Below, piece after piece: positions 62,964 through 64,000 of a DNA stretch of 64,000 nucleotides; position 1 is the first letter of the stretch, and every line of letters begins with the position of its first letter. Where the stretch lies: NCBI GenBank assembly GCA_965224025.1, contig OZ245033.1, forward strand, positions 1,120,001 to 1,184,000. The letters run 5' to 3'. Source of the stretch: Candidatus Multivorans sp. Lineage in GTDB: Bacteria; Acidobacteriota; Thermoanaerobaculia; Multivoradales; Multivoraceae. The translations under genes were made by a program, and so were the position numbers. A model generated the notes under the pieces. It saw only the letters and a list, made by a program, of their open reading frames with translations, searched no databases and was not told the origin of the DNA.

Positions 62964-64000
62964 TCGGCCTCATCCTGGCCGGCGGTGTCGGCTCGCGGTT
63001 CTGGCCGGTGAGCAGAAGGCGCCGCCCGAAGCAGTTGCTCGATCTGGTCGGGGGCGGCGCCCTGGTGGCCGCCACCGCACGCCGGATCGAACCGCTCTGC
63101 GGCGCGGACGGGACCTGGGTCTGCACGACCGAGGAACTGGCGCCCGCGGTCGCGGCCGAGCTGCCGGGGCTCGCGGCGTCGCGCATCCTGGGCGAGCCGA
63201 GCGGTCGCAACACGGCGCCGGCGATCGGTTGGGCGGTGCGTTCGATGCCGGAGGACATACGGGAGGACGTGATTGCAGTGTTTCCTTCCGACCACTGGGT
63301 CGCCGACGAGGAGGCGTTTCGCCTGGTGCTTCGCCGCGGCGCGGAGTCGATCGAGCGCGGCGATCACGAGGTGGTCACCGTCGGCGTGGCGCCCACCCGG
63401 CCCGAGACCGGCTACGGCTACCTGGAACTTTCGGCGCCCGCCGCCGCGGGCAGCGTGGAGCGTGTGGTGCGGTTCACCGAGAAGCCGGATCCGGAGACGG
63501 CGGCCCACTTCAAAGCCTCTGGTCGCCACTTCTGGAACGCCGGGATCTTCCTGTTCCGGGGTTCCGTTCTACTCGATCTCTACGGCCGGCACCTGCCCGA
63601 ACTGGCCGCTGGCCTCGAGCGTGTGGCGGAAGAAGGCGGCGACCCGGAGCGCCGGCATTCGATCTACGCCGGGTTGGAGTCGGTGTCGATCGACTACGGA
63701 CTGATGGAGCGGCTGTCCTCGATCGGCTCTGTTGTCGCCGACTGCGGTTGGAATGATCTCGGCTCCTGGGCGTCTCTGGCGGAGGCGTTGCCGGCGGACG
63801 GCGACGGCAACCGGACGGTGGGCTCTGCTTTCGCCGTCGATGCCCGCGACAACCTCCTGTTCGCCGACGCCGGCGCCGTGGCGGTGATCGGCGTCGACGG
63901 TCTGGCCATAGTCAGGACCGGCGACGCCGTGCTCGTCGTGCCGCGGGAGCGGGCGCAGGACGTGCGGAAGGTCGTGGAGCAGTTGCGGGCCATGGGCCGC
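62960..64000 (+). CDS. manC: Mannose-1-phosphate guanylyltransferase (runs off the window end; absent from the ORF track)
   Basis: LAGGVGSRFWPVSR...PKQLL, EPSGRNTAPA, PSDH, PETGYGY, FTEKP, WNAGIF, SIDYGLME and WNDLGSW. Confidence 0.93.
   Translation, partial: MIGLILAGGVGSRFWPVSRRRRPKQLLDLVGGGALVAATARRIEPLCGADGTWVCTTEELAPAVAAELPGLAASRILGEPSGRNTAPAIGWAVRSMPEDIREDVIAVFPSDHWVADEEAFRLVLRRGAESIERGDHEVVTVGVAPTRPETGYGYLELSAPAAAGSVERVVRFTEKPDPETAAHFKASGRHFWNAGIFLFRGSVLLDLYGRHLPELAAGLERVAEEGGDPERRHSIYAGLESVSIDYGLMERLSSIGSVVADCGWNDLGSWASLAEALPADGDGNRTVGSAFAVDARDNLLFADAGAVAVIGVDGLAIVRTGDAVLVVPRERAQDVRKVVEQLRAMGR

Overview
High-GC bacterial chromosomal window, mostly housekeeping. Gene content is compatible with Acidobacteriota or a similar lineage, but that is inference. 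Core loci are fsa/tal, the thrA-asd-thrB-thrC operon, ruvAB, a PpiD/SurA-like chaperone, mreBCD-mrdA-rodA-rng, a kinase-glycoside hydrolase fusion with wzm/wzt, fadD, yggS, tRNA(CAT), rpsU-mutS2-dnaG-rpoD, tRNA-Asn, pckA, acs, a full Rrf2-sufBCDSUT operon and tkt. Accessory genes include an FGE-domain pseudogene, a steroid 5-alpha-reductase, vapBC, a divergent hicB-hicA-like pair, a PQQ/heme-c dehydrogenase, a sulfatase, DsbA, an iodotyrosine-deiodinase-like flavoprotein and manC. Main discovery: an IS110 element (58643-60294) whose ends, AG core and palindromic target can be reconstructed from this window. Its 5' non-coding region folds and carries copies of the target-left and donor-left sequences, making it a bridge-RNA candidate. 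Three tiny non-autonomous relatives (59, 54 and 147 bp) share its ends; one is inserted in frame in the RNase G start and adds exactly 18 aa. Second pattern: diverged copies of gene starts ('echoes') lie immediately upstream of several unrelated genes, two of them as 20-codon ORFs with an identical 59-bp offset.
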